Source of the DNA: Lingula anatina
Lineage: Eukaryota > Animalia > Brachiopoda
Assembly: GCA_051362555.1 (NCBI GenBank)
Contig: JBPQGU010000016.1
Location: forward strand, 310,001 to 374,000
Reading direction: 5' to 3'
DNA: 64,000 bases
Shown here: positions 39,454-53,837 of the stretch, one piece after another
Position numbering within the stretch: the stretch's first letter is position 1
Layout: the number at the start of each line of letters is the position of its first letter
Translations under genes and position numbers: made by a program
The notes under the pieces: generated by a model
Seen by the model: the letters and a program-made list of their open reading frames with translations, nothing else
Told to the model about the DNA's origin: nothing
The model's database searches: none

Positions 39454-42400
39454 ATGTACTGCCCCTATTGTGGCAAGGAATTGCCCTGTGGATTTGAAAA
39501 TTTTTTATGCTGCACATTTTGCGGCAAATCACTGCCAGATTGGTCCAGCAGACAAATTGAAAACTCTAACAGAGGTAGGTTATGGATATCATTAATTTAG
39601 GAAATTAAAGAATATTCTACCTATCTAACATGTTCTACCTATCTGGACTCAGACTTTTATGGTTATAAGGTGACATCTTAATGCAGAATTTACATCTCTT
39701 TTCATGCCTATAAATTACAAGATTATTCCAATACAGATGAATTTTGACTGTGTAAATGAAAGGGATCCATTTTTGTTCTTGGTGAGGTACTTAACTTGGT
39801 TTGTCAATCAAAAGTTTGGATTAAAATCACAAGGGATTTCCAAGAGACTGCTAATAACCTGGTAATAGCCATTCTGTGGTATTTGTTCGGCTCATAAATG
39901 CATAATTTCCGAAACCAGACACAAGAGTCCCAAATGGATTTTAGGTTTGATAATTAATTATTATTTTATGAACACTTTTAATCCAGAAAAAGTGTTAAAT
40001 AGTGTTTGGAAAGGACATTAAAAATTTTTTTATATAGTTTTCAAAATATTGAATATTTTGATTAATATTATTTTGAATAATAAAGGCGAAAAACATTAAA
40101 TATAACTTATATTATCTAGCATATAGCTAAGTGCATATGATTAAGATTAATTTATAATATATTGGCCTCACAAATCTATATTAGATGGACTTGTTTTCAG
40201 TCTGTCTTTATTTGTTATGCAGACAAAACTGGGTGCAATATAAGAATGTCATTCTTAATTGATTAAATAATAATGTTATCTCCTTTTCATTTTCATTACA
40301 TCATTCCACAATTTTTTAAAATTGAAACAACAATATATCAAATAATATATTAATTAATAATATGGTAATGTTATTGTAGATGTGGCAAGTGCAGCCATTG
40401 CTGGTGTGAGTGGCCTCAGTTCAAGTTCAAGTGCAGGTTTCCTTGAGCCGAAAAAGGAAGGTAAGTAGCAACTTAATAAAACAAACTATAATAAATAAAG
40501 AGTATTATTATTATCATTATTATTAAAAAGCGTACAACTCTTTTGTCTTCTCGGGATAATATATTCCCTTCTAACCAATAGGTTGAGAAAAATCTCTGTG
40601 CTAGGGTCAGAAAAATACACATAAACCAAATTACATTACAATTTATTTCGCTATTTTAGCCTTTCAAAAATTTTAGCTTCCTTCAGTGCTGCATATAATA
40701 AGCAGACGTAACATTTAAACTTACAGTTGTCTGTGGCAGCCATATCTTTTTAACTTTCAGTTTTTATAATAACCCTGGAATTAGAATTTTTCCTCAGAAT
40801 AATTAAGTTTAGGGTTATTGCAGCTTAATTGCGATTAAGACAGAAATAAGAATTTTTTCAAGAAAATAATTCCCTGACTGCATCTTTATAATCAGTTTAA
40901 AGGCAGCAAATCGTAAGTTAGCCAGGGTCAAATTACATACATGTAGATTGAGTATTTGGGTTTATTGAATTAAAGCACTTTCACCTAATTTGGTGCCTTC
41001 CTTTAAACATAGTGGCTGGTGTTGATTGTTGAAATGTATTCTAAATTTGCTTATATTTCAGACCTACCCCAGCTGCTCCAAACATTCAAAAAAATGAGAG
41101 AAAAGAGGAACACTGAAAGGAACTCTTTTTTTACAAACAAGAAATCAAGATTTTCAATGAAGGACAATGAAGTGAATGTAAGTAATGAATTAAGGAGGGT
41201 AAAAAATCTTGAGGTCTCGGTACTTTTTGAAAAAATTAAACCAGTCTTCTTTAGGGGATCTTATATACCACACAATAATTGGTTATCTGGAATTTAATCT
41301 GACACTACCATCTATTCAGGTACTAGACAAAAAACTGGGTGAGAAAATTTGTTTATGTTTCTAAGTCCATGATTACTACTTAATATCACAAATGAGAAGC
41401 ATGACTTCCTAAATACAATACCGACTAAGGCCACACTTTTTTATTTTTATGGATGACATCCTCTGGGGACCCCGAAATCGGTGCGAGAGGGCGAAAAAAA
41501 AAAAAAAAACAGTCCAAAAAAAAAAAATGCTGCTTAAGTAAAGGAATGCTGTCAGTACACAGCTGGAAACTCAAATTTACCACAGAAACACGTATCAAAC
41601 TAACAATATGTCTTTATCCATGCTCTCAAAATATTAAAGCATTGTAAATACTTCGTAGAAAGGTAAAAAAAAGTCATGAATATATGGGCCCGTAGCCAGG
41701 GGGTTAGAAAGAACCACCCCTTTTGCTGGGAAAAGGTCCACTCTGGGTAAAATTTGAACTAGATACATTAAGTTTGTATGGAAAATGGTCCACTTTTTCA
41801 AAAAAAGAACCCCTTCCCTTTTGGAATTGCTGGCTACGGGCCTGATAGACATGCTGCATATTACCCAATCTATTTAAGGTTATTTCATGCATTTTGTTGG
41901 TATAACAATCAATAAAACAAATATCAAACAAACAGCATGTCTTTATTTGTACTCTCAGAATATTAAAGCATTATGAACACTACACAGAAATGTTAAAAAA
42001 TGATGCAAAGATATGCTTAATACTACCAATTCTATAAAAGGTCATTTCGGTCGATGCCATTTGGGCTACTTCGACTCACATGAAGCAGCCAAACTGTCGG
42101 GTGGCCTGACCGACCTACAGCCCACCAAATACCTCGACGCCCTGTCGACCCTTTTTTTTTTTCGCTACAAGAAAACCTGGTATGTGTTGCATTGGACAGA
42201 ATATCACTGAAATTTTCCGAGCGATAGTTGCTGGCCGCTGCCAGCCTTTCGCATAATTGTAAAAAAGTGGCCCAATATCAATGGCATAACAATCCAAAAC
42301 GACGGCCCCGTTCTCTTTATGACTTTATATAATTAATTGTCCTGTAATTTGAAAGTAATCCTAGAGATGAATTTGATGGCAAAGCGGCCACATTTCCACG

Positions 42401-45400
42401 TGGCAGTAATACGCATGCGCAGAAAGCACATTTTCCGGCAAATTCAATAACGACGTTTGCGACAACCGACTTCGATGGGGAGGGGGGGGGGTGTTTTTTT
42501 TTTTTTTTTTTTTTGGAGAACGGACGAAAATCGGTGCGCGCGCAGGATGTCATCCATAAAATTAAAAAAGTGTGGCCTAATCCAATCACTATGAAATCTC
42601 CCTGAAATGTTCTTTTATCAAAACATTTTAATCCAACCAAATATGTAGTGGTTTATGGGACACCTTCCATGAAATTAGATCTAATGCTACTATCGATACA
42701 TTTCAGCTAAGCAATTTTCCACCAAACCTACCCTGGAATAGTGCTAACACTTGCCAATTTAGCTAAATGCTAAAACTGGCTTAAACTGTCTAAACATAAA
42801 CGGCTAGATTTGACTCATTTTATACCATTCGGACAACAAATTGACAAAAAAGTGATGATTTGGCTAAGCGAAAAAAATTGCTAGCATTACCCCAGCTACC
42901 ACAAAACTGATAATCTCTATCAGTTATTTTAGTATTGTGTAAAATACAATATTATGTGGAGTTAAGTCTTCTATTGAAGGGTTTGTGGGTGGTGTTTCCA
43001 TATTATATTATATTTGTCTATCTGAAGGTTTAAACAGAATGTGGTGATAAAAAAATCAGTTTTTTTGTGTTATGCACAATCATGATTATTATCTAAAAGA
43101 AAGCCTAATCAAGTGATAATTTAATCCAAAGAATAATGTTACTTTTTCACACATGTGATTTCAGATCAGAGTGGGAATTCTCATACCTAAAAACGGCTGT
43201 TTAAAGCCTTTTAGGGGGAAGACCCTGAAAGTGACTGTAAGGCCAAGCTGGACTGCAGAGGAGACTTTGCAGGCCTGTTTGGCCAAACACAGAGCCCACA
43301 ATGGACATGAAATGGAAGAGGGAGGATACTGTCTGACTTATGACAGTGGCAAGGTGGTGGAACACCTCCCTGAAGGAAACCCCCCTGCCAAGTTCACCAT
43401 CAGGGGATATAAGGAGCAAATTCAAAAGGACTGGCAGAGGCTTGTTCTATACATTTGTGCTAGGGAGCACCTAGGTAGTATTGGTTTAACCCTTATCAGG
43501 AAAATGGGGGCCCAATGGACCCAAGCAGGTTGAATACATGTAGTTCTTCACAGCTGCACAATAAAGCTGTTCAGTATTATGGGGCATAATTAATTCTGAT
43601 AGGCATCCAGTGTCAGAGTTACATCATCTCCACCCAACACTTATTTCCATCGTTCCTCAAATCATACATTTGCATTGCATGTTTTTCTTAGATTGCAAAA
43701 TGTGCTACGGTGGCAAAATGTAGCTCTACCAACCCTAATGTAATCCTCAATAAGCATATCTGGCCAAGCTTGTCCCATGTTATTGACCTTTTTTGATGAA
43801 AAAAAATATATGAGAAAATTAACCTTTTTCTTTTGTATCCTAAAAGGATAGTGTAGGTCCAATGCATTCAATATAGCTCCTAATTGGTCATTAGTGCTAC
43901 ATTATGGTTAATTTTTAGTATCAATATATATTTGTGTAGAGGCAAATTTAATATTTTGTGGACTACATTTAAAATTAATTTATAACTATATTTTATTCTT
44001 AATTAACCTTTTAATAATTTCAGAAAAAGAAGAAGCACATGTAGAGATATTAACAAGTGATGAAGAGTCCGATTTAGAGGTAATACTTTAAAATTTAAAC
44101 TATTTTGGTATAAAACATGTCCTTTTAAGTAGGAGAAATTTCAGATCCCTATTACAGCTGGTACATATCTGACGTAGTCATTCTTTTCATTGTATTATGT
44201 ATCCCAGTTTTTTGCCAATATTAATATATGTAATGATGTTGTGGGCATTTATTATGACTGTACATCCTTATATCCTTTTTCTCAAGAAGTTAATCCATTG
44301 AAATATATTATTGATTAATGCACATGATGAAGTACTCAGCAGCTAAGATACATCTAGCAAATATAGGTAATGTATGTGAGGATAGTTGCAGAGATTGGTA
44401 GTGTTTTTTTTTTTTTTTTTTTCTCTTCTTGACTTTTCCTTGCATATTCTGCTTTACCACGTATTATTAATTGATAAAATGGCACTTCACCATAATAAAT
44501 GCACTTTCCCTTGCTTAGTTTCATTGTCACTTGCTATATCTTTTGTTTACTGTTTGTTCACAAAACTGTTATGTTATGGGGATGGGGTTACATCTAAAAA
44601 TTTTGTATAATGTTATTGGAGCACAGAAAGGAGAATTACTTGGCATTGTAGGCTAACCCACAAGCATAGTAGGTTTGCAATAGGGCATTTTTGTTTTTTG
44701 GCCTTTACACACACGCGCACGCGCACACACACACACACACACACACTTGTTTGGATTGAAACATCATTGATCAGGTTATAGACTTTAAAGTCTAATGGAG
44801 TGAAGCTAGTAATACAGATATATATATATGACATCATGTTTGGTGTTCAGCATGTACTGGTGTAACATGAAAATCTGACTCCCCCAATGAAAATTTGACT
44901 CCCCCTCCACAAAACTTCATAAATCTGTTTTTATTTTGAGTATATGACTGTGATCTTGTAGTATGTAAAATGGAGGATACATATACATAGGCACTTTTTT
45001 TGTAGTTTGCAGGTGAAAACTTTTATAATAAAATAAGAAAATTAAAAATGTGCACATAATGAAAATCTGACTCTCCCATCAAAATTTGACCCCCTCACCC
45101 CCCCCATAAATCTTATTTTATTTGGAGTATATGACTGTGATCTTTTAGTATGTAAAATGGAGGATACATTGGCCTTTTTTTTGTAGTTTACAGGTGAAAA
45201 TTTTCATGAAAAAATAAGAAAGTTAAAAATGTGCACTTAACTGCCCATTGTCTCCCCAAAGAAAAAGTGCCAATGTATCCTCCATTATGCATACTACAAG
45301 GTCATAGTCATTTACTGAAATAAAATGAGATTAATGAATGTTTTATTTGGGGGGGGGGGGGGGGGGGGGGAGTCAAAATTTCATAGGGGGAGTCACATTT

Positions 45401-48400
45401 TCATAATGAAAATCTGACTGGGGAGTCAGAATATCATGGTACACCGGTAGTCCTAATCTATGCTGTACAGAAATTCATAAGTGGACTACATGTATGTGCT
45501 GTATGCAAGACTAAAAAATGTTTTCATTGTTAGCTGTGGGGGTACACTCATTAAATCTCTGTTCCATTCCCCAAACTGTACCCCCACGGGGACGACGCAT
45601 GGGAGAGGAGAGACCATGAAAGGATTACAGGGTCTTCCTTTTATGTAGGTCCACCATATTTAGGTCTCGGCCTTACTATACCTCGGCTCTTCTCAATGTG
45701 AATGCTCTCTGAGAGATCCCAGAGTAATTTGGGTTAAGAAAGAATATAGAGTGAAAATAGTTAAATCAAAATAGTCTCTTTTTTCATCTACTATGCTAGG
45801 ACTTTTTGATCAACCCTTGCACATGCCTAAATAAGGGAGGGCCCATTGCTCTAATAAGTAACATGTAACACATGATCGCATTTGTATGGGCTAAAGAACT
45901 ACTCTGTATTCTGTAAGGGTATTCTGGAGGTATTTTCCTCGGTCTTGATTTTGAGATTTCTGGACAGTATAATTCACACAGTTTAGATCACAAAAACTCT
46001 TTCAGTTTATTTCCTCTTTAAATTAATATACACATTCTTTGCATAAAGACCAGTAAACATGTCATCCTTAAGACTTGTAGTATTAAATTAATACTTAAAA
46101 CAACATACATATGATTCTGTCCAGCGCACCTCTATATAGATACTAGAAGTTGGTATTCAATCTTTATAAACCCTACCTCATTAATGATTGCAGCTTATTG
46201 TATTTAACTTGAGGCTGAAATATTTGACACACGCTAAGCTTTCATATTGGCTTGTTATTTTGTGTTTTATGCTTTTTTGGTGTTATAGTTGTACTTGTGG
46301 TTTGCCCCTCTATCTCTTTTTAACAAAGAGCATCTCTGTTTAACAAAAACATTATACTGTACACAATATGTTAATGAAGACTTCATGCTGTTATGAGAGT
46401 TGGTAGTAATCAAACATGTGTTTAAATATATTTAGTAATAATTTTTCAACATACCCTACCTCCCTTGTATATGTATACATCTTTTTGCTGTAGTTTAGAG
46501 CATCACTTTATATTGGCATTAATTTTGTAGGAATGGATACATACTAAAGAAGTTGGCTGTAGAGTTGATGCAGGAACTCCAACTGTGAGCTTCAGGGTTG
46601 ATGCCTCCAGCACTAGGTTTGATGTGATTATTAATACACTTAGAACTAGAACAATGTTACAAAGAAATACAATACATCTTGAACCTCATATTTGTTTGGA
46701 GTTAGAAACTATGAAATAGCTGGTACAAGCTGCCCGATGTTGCAGCCTTTATTGCAAACTTTTTAAAGATGTGTGTATTATCTCTGGATGATTGTACATG
46801 TAACATGAAGCAGATTTGTATCATACCTTGCAGTGTCAGGTAAAAGATGAAATTTATTATTATCTCTTAGCAAACTTCAAGACTATTTTTACTGGCTTTG
46901 TATGTTCAAGATCTAGAGCCTAGGGTATTAACCAGTTCAAAGAAGTGAACCAAATCAAGATTTTGTTTCCAGACATCTCTGTTTATGAACCAATTAATTT
47001 TGTGTGCCTCAATCAATGTTGCAGGACTGAACAGTCATCATATGAGACTTATGTTGAGGCATTACAAGATGATCCAGATGATTACCCAGAAGAGGTGTGG
47101 TCCACAAATGTGGAAACCCAAGATACAAATGCCAGTCCTGAGCAAGAAATGGATCTCACAGCTCTTGTCATTGCTTGGCAAGGTAAAACAGAATACAGAT
47201 CCTTTTTTACTCTATGTTACTTCTTTCAGTAGCTGTGCAATATACCCTTTTCATCCAAAATTGCTGTAAAATAGTCAATTCAAAACTTTTTAAAGTAAAA
47301 AACTATACCCTGGCATTACAATGCCATATACATGTACACTGTACTAGTAACATACACAACAATTACAAGGTGTTTTAGGGTTTAAATTATGTGATTGTGT
47401 AGACATACAGATGTGTGGTTGACATATGCATACAGTATATTTAGACAAGAGATTTAAATTTTGAATTATAGAACAAAATGCCAAGACAGAAGATGAGGAA
47501 CTGATTGTGCGGAGGAGGAAACTTTTAAACAGTGTCCTATCTGCCACCAAGAGAGAAGGATTTTCTTTTTTTAAAATTCCCAAAGTGGAATTTTCCGGAG
47601 AGAAAGCCCTAGATGATGGTGGGCCACGAAGAGAGTGTTTTAGGTATATATATATATATTTATTGATTGGTATTGATTGATGAAAACCATTTATTTACCT
47701 AGGTTAATGCTGTATATTATGGTCTGTTTATGCATATTTACTCATGAATTGTTTTAACTTGTATTATGTGTGATGAAAACATGCTTTAAATTTTATGTAT
47801 CAATGCATTTAAAAATGGGTTTCCTACACAGGTATCTGTTATGGCAAATATTTTGCAATTTTCAGACTACTTATGAAAGAAATTTCATCTCTGGATATAT
47901 TTGAAGGCCCTCCAGAGGCCCTTGTCTTTAGACATAATGTCACTAAACTGGAGGCAGGAAGCCACCATAAATCAGGGCAGCTGGTTGCCTGGAGCATTCT
48001 CCATGGTGGACCTGGGTTCCCCATGCTCCACCCCCTGCTCTTTGAAAAGATGGTGGGGAGGGAGCCAAAGAGGGAGGACATTCCTAAGTATATAGGATTA
48101 CTTTTGCCAGAGGAGAAAGATAAGCTCAACAAGGTAATAACTGTACAAGTAAAATAAGTTCAAAGCACTTCTTTATTTGTAATTATCAATTACAAATGAA
48201 AAAAAAAATGTTTCTTTTTTCTTTACCTCTTACACAACCTCTTTTCCCAACACATCTAATGGTTCTACATTAATTAATTTATCAACAGAATGAATCATTT
48301 AAATAGCAGTATAGTATCCACTTCAAAATTAAAGTAAATGTACATATGCTAATTGCAGATATATTGCAGTGATAAAACAGAATTTGACGCAGTGGTGGCA

Positions 48401-50120
48401 GCTGAAATGGATTGGATATGTGACCAGGGGATTTTTAAGTTTTCTTTCGAGGAGAAGGAAACAATGATATTTCAGCTTCTGCTGAACATAGTATATTACA
48501 AGTAAGATATATAAATTTGAACCCTAGTCAGGAAACAATCATTGATTACTTGTCACTTAAAAATGATTTTTAAAAATACTTCTATTACCCAATGTAATTA
48601 TGTTTATAGATGTATATAGACATGTCAAATTGCACTTCGTTTGCAATTTGTTACACAAAGCAAGGGGGATTGATGTTTGAGGTATTTATCAGCGGCAGTG
48701 CTTTACTGATGTGGCAGCAAATAAGGAACAGTTTACAATGTTATCTTTGATCTACCACTCTAAAGGAATGTAATTGTGATTGATTTGATGCGTAATTGTT
48801 AAATTGTGGCCAGTGCCATTCGCTGTCTTGTGACTTGGGTATGTCACAGTCAGGATACTATATCCAAGCAGCAGCTCCTTAACAAATAGAAGGCTTTAAG
48901 TATAATATGTCCATTTCTAACTAATTTTTTATAACATAGTAATATATGGGGTCTTTACTAAAAACAATTTTTTTCTAACCATCATTTCCTAATTGTCTGA
49001 GGGCAATTTTTATTGAGGATTTGAAAAGAGTAAAAACCCTAGAAACTGTTGATTGCAGGAGAGTTGCAGACTAAATTTGTTTGCAATTTGTTTTTTCTCC
49101 CCTTATGAATTCCTCTATGTGAAATCCTTAAAAGTGCAAAAAGAAAATTGATAATATAGAATTAAACAAAATAATTCTTTTATATTTCTAAAATCTTTTT
49201 ATATTATCATTATGACTTTTTTTTGTTCTTCAGGAGTAAAACAGAAGCGGATGAGTTTTTGGGTGGACTGAATAGTATAGGGCAGTTGGGGGTGCTGATG
49301 CACAAATACCCTTCCTCTTTACAGAGGTTGTTTGTGCACAGTACCTCTGCTGTCACAAGGATGTGGTTTAAAGATAACATGTCCTATGTCCACAGTGACA
49401 ATAGCGCTGTCAAAGATGTTGAAGAAGATACAGTACTGCTGTGGGAAAGATTCCTACAGGACTGTGAGAGTAAGTAATGGCTAAAGAGAGGGAAAAAAAC
49501 AGTTGTCAAAATGTTTGATTACAAATTAATGTCTATAAAGGAATGTATAGTGTCTAAGGGAGTGACCCCACAACCCTATAGGTCTAGGTGGATTGATCCA
49601 TCTCTATGGGGTCTTTGCTAGATTGCATTCAGTTTGAGCAGCTTAAATGTCTGGGGCGCCTACTGAAGCTACTAGTGGGTAATTAGCTCTCCTGCAGACC
49701 ATTAAACTGCTTAAATTGAAAGCAATCTGACGAGAGGCCCCGTGAAGATAGATTGACCCAGCTAGTTGAACAGGGTTGTGGGAAGGCAGTCAAATACCAA
49801 ATCCAGGGCTACATTATGACTTGTATAGTTTCATTTATAGTGATATGTTTAGTCATATAATAATAATAAGACTCTTCATTCCAGGTGGAAGGTCACAGGT
49901 CACACTTCATAAAGTTTTGGGCTTCATAACCGGAGCAGAAGAAATCCCACCAGGTGGTTTCGAAAAAAAGTTAGAGGTTGGGTTCTTCATCCCCAGTGAA
50001 AGGTGTCGGTTCCCCTGGGCATCAACATGTGGCCTGTATTTACACCTGCCCACGGGAGATGACCTGGGAGATCTACTTGTCACAGCAATCCAAGAAGGAA
50101 TGGGGTTCTCCATTTCATAA
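39454..50120 (+). CDS. Transposon-borne HECT-domain E3 ubiquitin ligase (G2E3-like HECT) with an N-terminal double zinc ribbon, about 660 aa, 12 coding exons
   Basis: Phase-consistent exons 39454-39574, 40380-40460, 41062-41177, 43165-43474, 44024-44079, 46531-46616, 47025-47182, 47472-47643, 47866-48133, 48359-48501, 49234-49469, 49885-50120 (1983 nt, no internal stop). Motifs: CPYCGK..CTFCGK; VEFSGEKALDDGGPRRECF; ILHGGPGFPML; FITGAEEIPPGGF; PWASTC with the catalytic Cys; C-terminal GF. Confidence 0.85.
41429..42577. mobile_element. Non-autonomous TIR element with TAA TSD (Zator- or PIF/Harbinger-like) in a HECT-gene intron, with a hAT-like MITE nested at about 41685-41844
   Basis: TAA|GGCCACACTTTTTT.ATTTT.ATGGATGACATCCT ... 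AGGATGTCATCCATAAAATTAAAAAAGTGTGGCC|TAA. Confidence 0.8.
44861..45443. mobile_element. Ginger1-like non-autonomous foldback element
   Basis: TGTAAC...GGTACA termini; flanks CTGG / CCGG (4-bp CCGG-type target); repeated atgaaaatctgactcccc subterminal motifs; internal duplicated and inverted 150-bp blocks. Confidence 0.65.
49560..49785. mobile_element. Degenerate palindromic MITE in the last HECT-gene intron
   Basis: cccacaaccct ... agggttgtggg arms; internal similarity to 16350-16593. Confidence 0.55.
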
Positions 50121-50164
50121 GTGCAGATTATACAACATATTGTTTATACACAGCACTGTAATTA

Positions 50165-50364
50165 TCTTCTCACCTAGTGAACGTTGTAGGTTCCCTTGGG
50201 CATCAACTTGTGGGCTATATTTACACCTGCCTAAAGGTGAAGAGGACCTGGGAGGATTGCTGGTGAGATCTGTGACTGAGGGAATTGGCTTAATTCTCAA
50301 TTTCTTAGCAACAATACGAACAGTATGGATTTGTTATGTAAAGAAATTCTACCATGGAATTTGA
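50165..50364 (+). pseudogene. Second, diverged copy of the HECT catalytic C-terminus
   Basis: Encodes FSPSERCRFPWASTCGLYLHLPKGEEDLGGLLVRSVTEGIG, just after the stop codon of the first copy. Confidence 0.8.
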
Positions 50365-51558
50365 AGACTAGCTGATAGTAGAATTTGCACTCTAGCTAAT
50401 AGTATGTTATTATGTGCACGGATATATTCAAAGATCCTATGGGCTGCAATAGCAAGACAGTTTTGTTTTCATCACATAAGCAGCTGTAAGGCAACTTCAC
50501 AGATGTACATGTGCTTGCTTGCTTAAATGATGTTTGGTAGTTTTAACTATGGATTTAAACATTTTTATGTTTGGTGTGCAACTGTAGCGTATACAAATAA
50601 TATAACATTTGTTTTGGAAATGTAAAGACCATTTATTTTTTTAGACCTTTTAAAACATGCCAATGGTGGAAAAAATAATGTAGAACAATACAATTATAAA
50701 GAAGATAGATGAGAGAAACTGCATGGCTCTGCAAAGTATATAATACACACTTGAAAAGGTGTTACAGACAATCTGTAAGGAGTATTGTTTGTTTATTAAG
50801 CAGATTAGCATTATTGAGATTTCAGCAGCAAGACAGCTTGGCAGGACATAAATGTGGCCTAACACTCAATAAATACACACTAAGGACATATCTAAATAGA
50901 AAAAGTAAGATGTCATATCATTTTTAATAAATGATAATGAAAAAGCTTTAAAAGATTATCATTCAATGACAGGGTTTAAACGTTATGTAATATCATGGAA
51001 ACATTAAATAAAAAAACTGTACATAATTGTAAAAAATAAAATTCTACAAAATAAAGGCAGGCAAGGAATTTTAAACAGTTTTATTGTAGTCCTTTGATTA
51101 CCTGTGCCCCTATACATGTAAGTGGGCAAGAAGACCCCAACTCCATACAAAACTCCATACACAGACTAATGTGCTAATTTTATGCAAAATTCTGCCTCAT
51201 ATGCGCCCCGATTATGGATGGAAAATGAGACCATGCAGGAAAGAAGTCCCAACTCAAATGATATTACATTAACTGTGCATTGGAAGGACCCCTGAATATA
51301 CAGTTAAACCTGAAAGCTCAGCATATGGGCAACATCATTCAAGGACATTTGGGAAGAAAGACAAGATACCATATTTACATATGTAATTGACTGAGTAGTC
51401 ATTCAACATGGTCAGTGCCTTCAAATGTATATCAGTTTGAGTGTATTATGTAAAAGAGAAAAATGTCAGGACTACATGTATCTACTTACTAAATGTACTA
51501 TTTTATTCAGCATTTATCCCCCTTGAAACAGCTTATCGTTAGATTGTTTTGCTCTATA

Positions 51559-53837
51559 TTAATCACAAGTCAATGCTTTAAGTCTTAAGTATAACTCCAA
51601 TGCATCGTCAACATTTTCAGGGTATATAAGGTTGTAGGTTTCCATAAGAAACTGCAAAAACTCTTCTAGCTCCCCATCCTGGCACACTGAGTTAGCCTCT
51701 GTAAAATTGTAGAACATGTCCCAGTCCTGGTGACTTACATCCACCTTACAGTCCCTACCATTTGGTGGCAAAAAGTACAACTCATCTGGGATCCCTGCTG
51801 GACAAGAAGCATATCGGCTTGGTCTAATTCTGTGTGTATTCCAAAACACTGCTGCTTCTTGGAGATCTTTCCTCAACAGATCCATAAAACAAAATCTCAA
51901 ACATTCTATTTGTAAACTGTTGCCAACAGTAAAGTGACCCTCCTCAGTAAGATCTTCAAAAAGGTTAATCCAATATGTTGAACGGTTTCTTCTGAGAAAA
52001 GACCACCACTGCTCAATCCGTTGATTGCTTGGCGATGTTCCATATCTATGACCGTGTGAGCTGTTTGTCAAGGAACACTGAACTGGGGCCAACAATGAAA
52101 TTTCAGTGCCACAATCTGTCCTCACAATCTTAGGGCATATCATACCCATTTGTCTCACTGTGTCTAAAAAATACTTACATATTATAGAACTCTTGTGATT
52201 TGTGTGGTTACATTCCAACCACATTATTCTCCTAGAGAAACCATCGATGCAACCATTAATTTCAAAACCATATATTTTCAGTTTATCATAGCCGTCTACA
52301 TGCCAGCAGTGGTTTGGCCCTTGACTGATGTAGGTTCTTCTTTGTAAGCGACTCAAGCGTCGGTTTTCTACACTAATGGGGTCAATCTGACGCAATAATA
52401 ATCTCACCATTTCTTGAGTAACTCTAAGATGGTATTTCCTAATCAGCCTTTGCCACATGGATCTATATCCTCCAAGTCTACCTAGCAATTTTAATTTAAA
52501 AATAAAAAAAAAATGTTAGACAAAATTTGTAAATTGTTACAATTCGTTATTAATATAAAGGATTAAACAGACCTTAATCTCACTGCACATTGTACATGTA
52601 AAAGAAAAGAAAAGTTTCATGACAGACGACTATAGTAAAAAAAAAAACTATATACTGAGCAGCTAAATGTGATGCAATAAAAAATTGCCCCAAAATAATG
52701 TGGGTCTAGTTAATAGAGCTCAACAACCGCTGTATTATATTGACTAAATATACATAGCAGGCCCGTAGCCAGCGGGGTTTCGGGGGGTTTGAAAGAACCC
52801 CCTTTTTGCTGGAAAAAGGTCCACTCTGGGTAAAATTTGACCTAGGTACATAGGGGTTATATGGTAAAAGGTCCACTTTTTCAGAAAAAAGAACCTCCTG
52901 TATAGCGCCCCTCCCCTACAAAAAATATGTACATGTATGATAGTGATATATGTGATGTATGTGCAATAGCACACCAGATGACCATTTATGACCATTTATG
53001 GCCATAAATGACCATTAATATGAATGAGGTCTAATTATGATACCTGTTCCTTCCAATTCTCTTCTTATAGCTTGATAGACTAAGTGAAGAGGTGACTGGC
53101 TTGCAAAACCTCGTCTTGATAACCCATAAGACCTGATAAAGATATACAGTTTTAAACTTGCACAAAATTTAATCTCGCTGAATACTCTTCATTAACTCAT
53201 ATGACTGCTAAAATATGTTTTGGTTGTCCAGTCTAATTTTAGCTGGTGAAATTTATAAAAAGGGGAATATGCAATGAAAAATGGCTCACCGATTTTGGCT
53301 GCATGCTAAAATGCAGGTAGACCTTTAACACATTTTATCAACCTACTTATATTTTGCAAATCTGAATATGATATCAGTCTATCTTAAACTTATATACAAT
53401 TTAATCTGCTTTTCAGCTAATTTCTTACTGTTTCATGTATGCAAATTACAGACTTTAGAAAGAACTGTCACAAGTACAAAGACTTAGAAGTAGGTTTGTT
53501 TTAAGTACTGTCTCATTACTAGTACTTCACTTGGAAATATTTGCCTCTTAATGAGATTTGTAAATGAAAAAGGAAAAGGTTGGTAACAATTACTGCCCAC
53601 ATGGTCAATTTATTATCAAATTTCTCGATCATCTTTAATTGTACAAGTACCTGATCCGCCGTTTAAGGGTCCTTAGGCTCAAATGAATCCCATGGTACAA
53701 CCCAAGAAAAATAACAATAGCTTTGTATTGGAAGCCTTGGCTGAAGTAAGCTTCGATTGCTTCTTGTTCAGATCTAAAATTAAATGTAAACTTAGAGCAT
53801 TGAGAATATTCCTTCAAGCACTTTAAATCTGAATTAG
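51559..53837 (-). CDS. Integrase-like (rve / IS3-IS481 clan) DDE transposase, at least 3 exons, about 400 aa; N-terminus unresolved
   Basis: Exons 53837-53651, 53132-53044 and 52481-51559 join in phase. HTH-like EAYFSQGFQYKAIVIFLGLYHGIHLSLRTLKRRI and GGYRSMWQRL segments; catalytic motifs WHVDGYDKL, CIDGFSR, VRTDCGTE, NQRIEQWW; N.HRIR tail. Confidence 0.9.
52758..52918. mobile_element. hAT-like MITE (38377 family) in a transposase intron
   Basis: Begins CAGGCCCGTAGCC and shares the family core; the right end is degenerate. Confidence 0.7.

Noticed and set aside
47472-50120. Calling the HECT gene the host G2E3 orthologue
   Set aside because: It has no N-terminal PHD/RING fingers and lies inside transposon TIRs; only the HECT part is G2E3-like.
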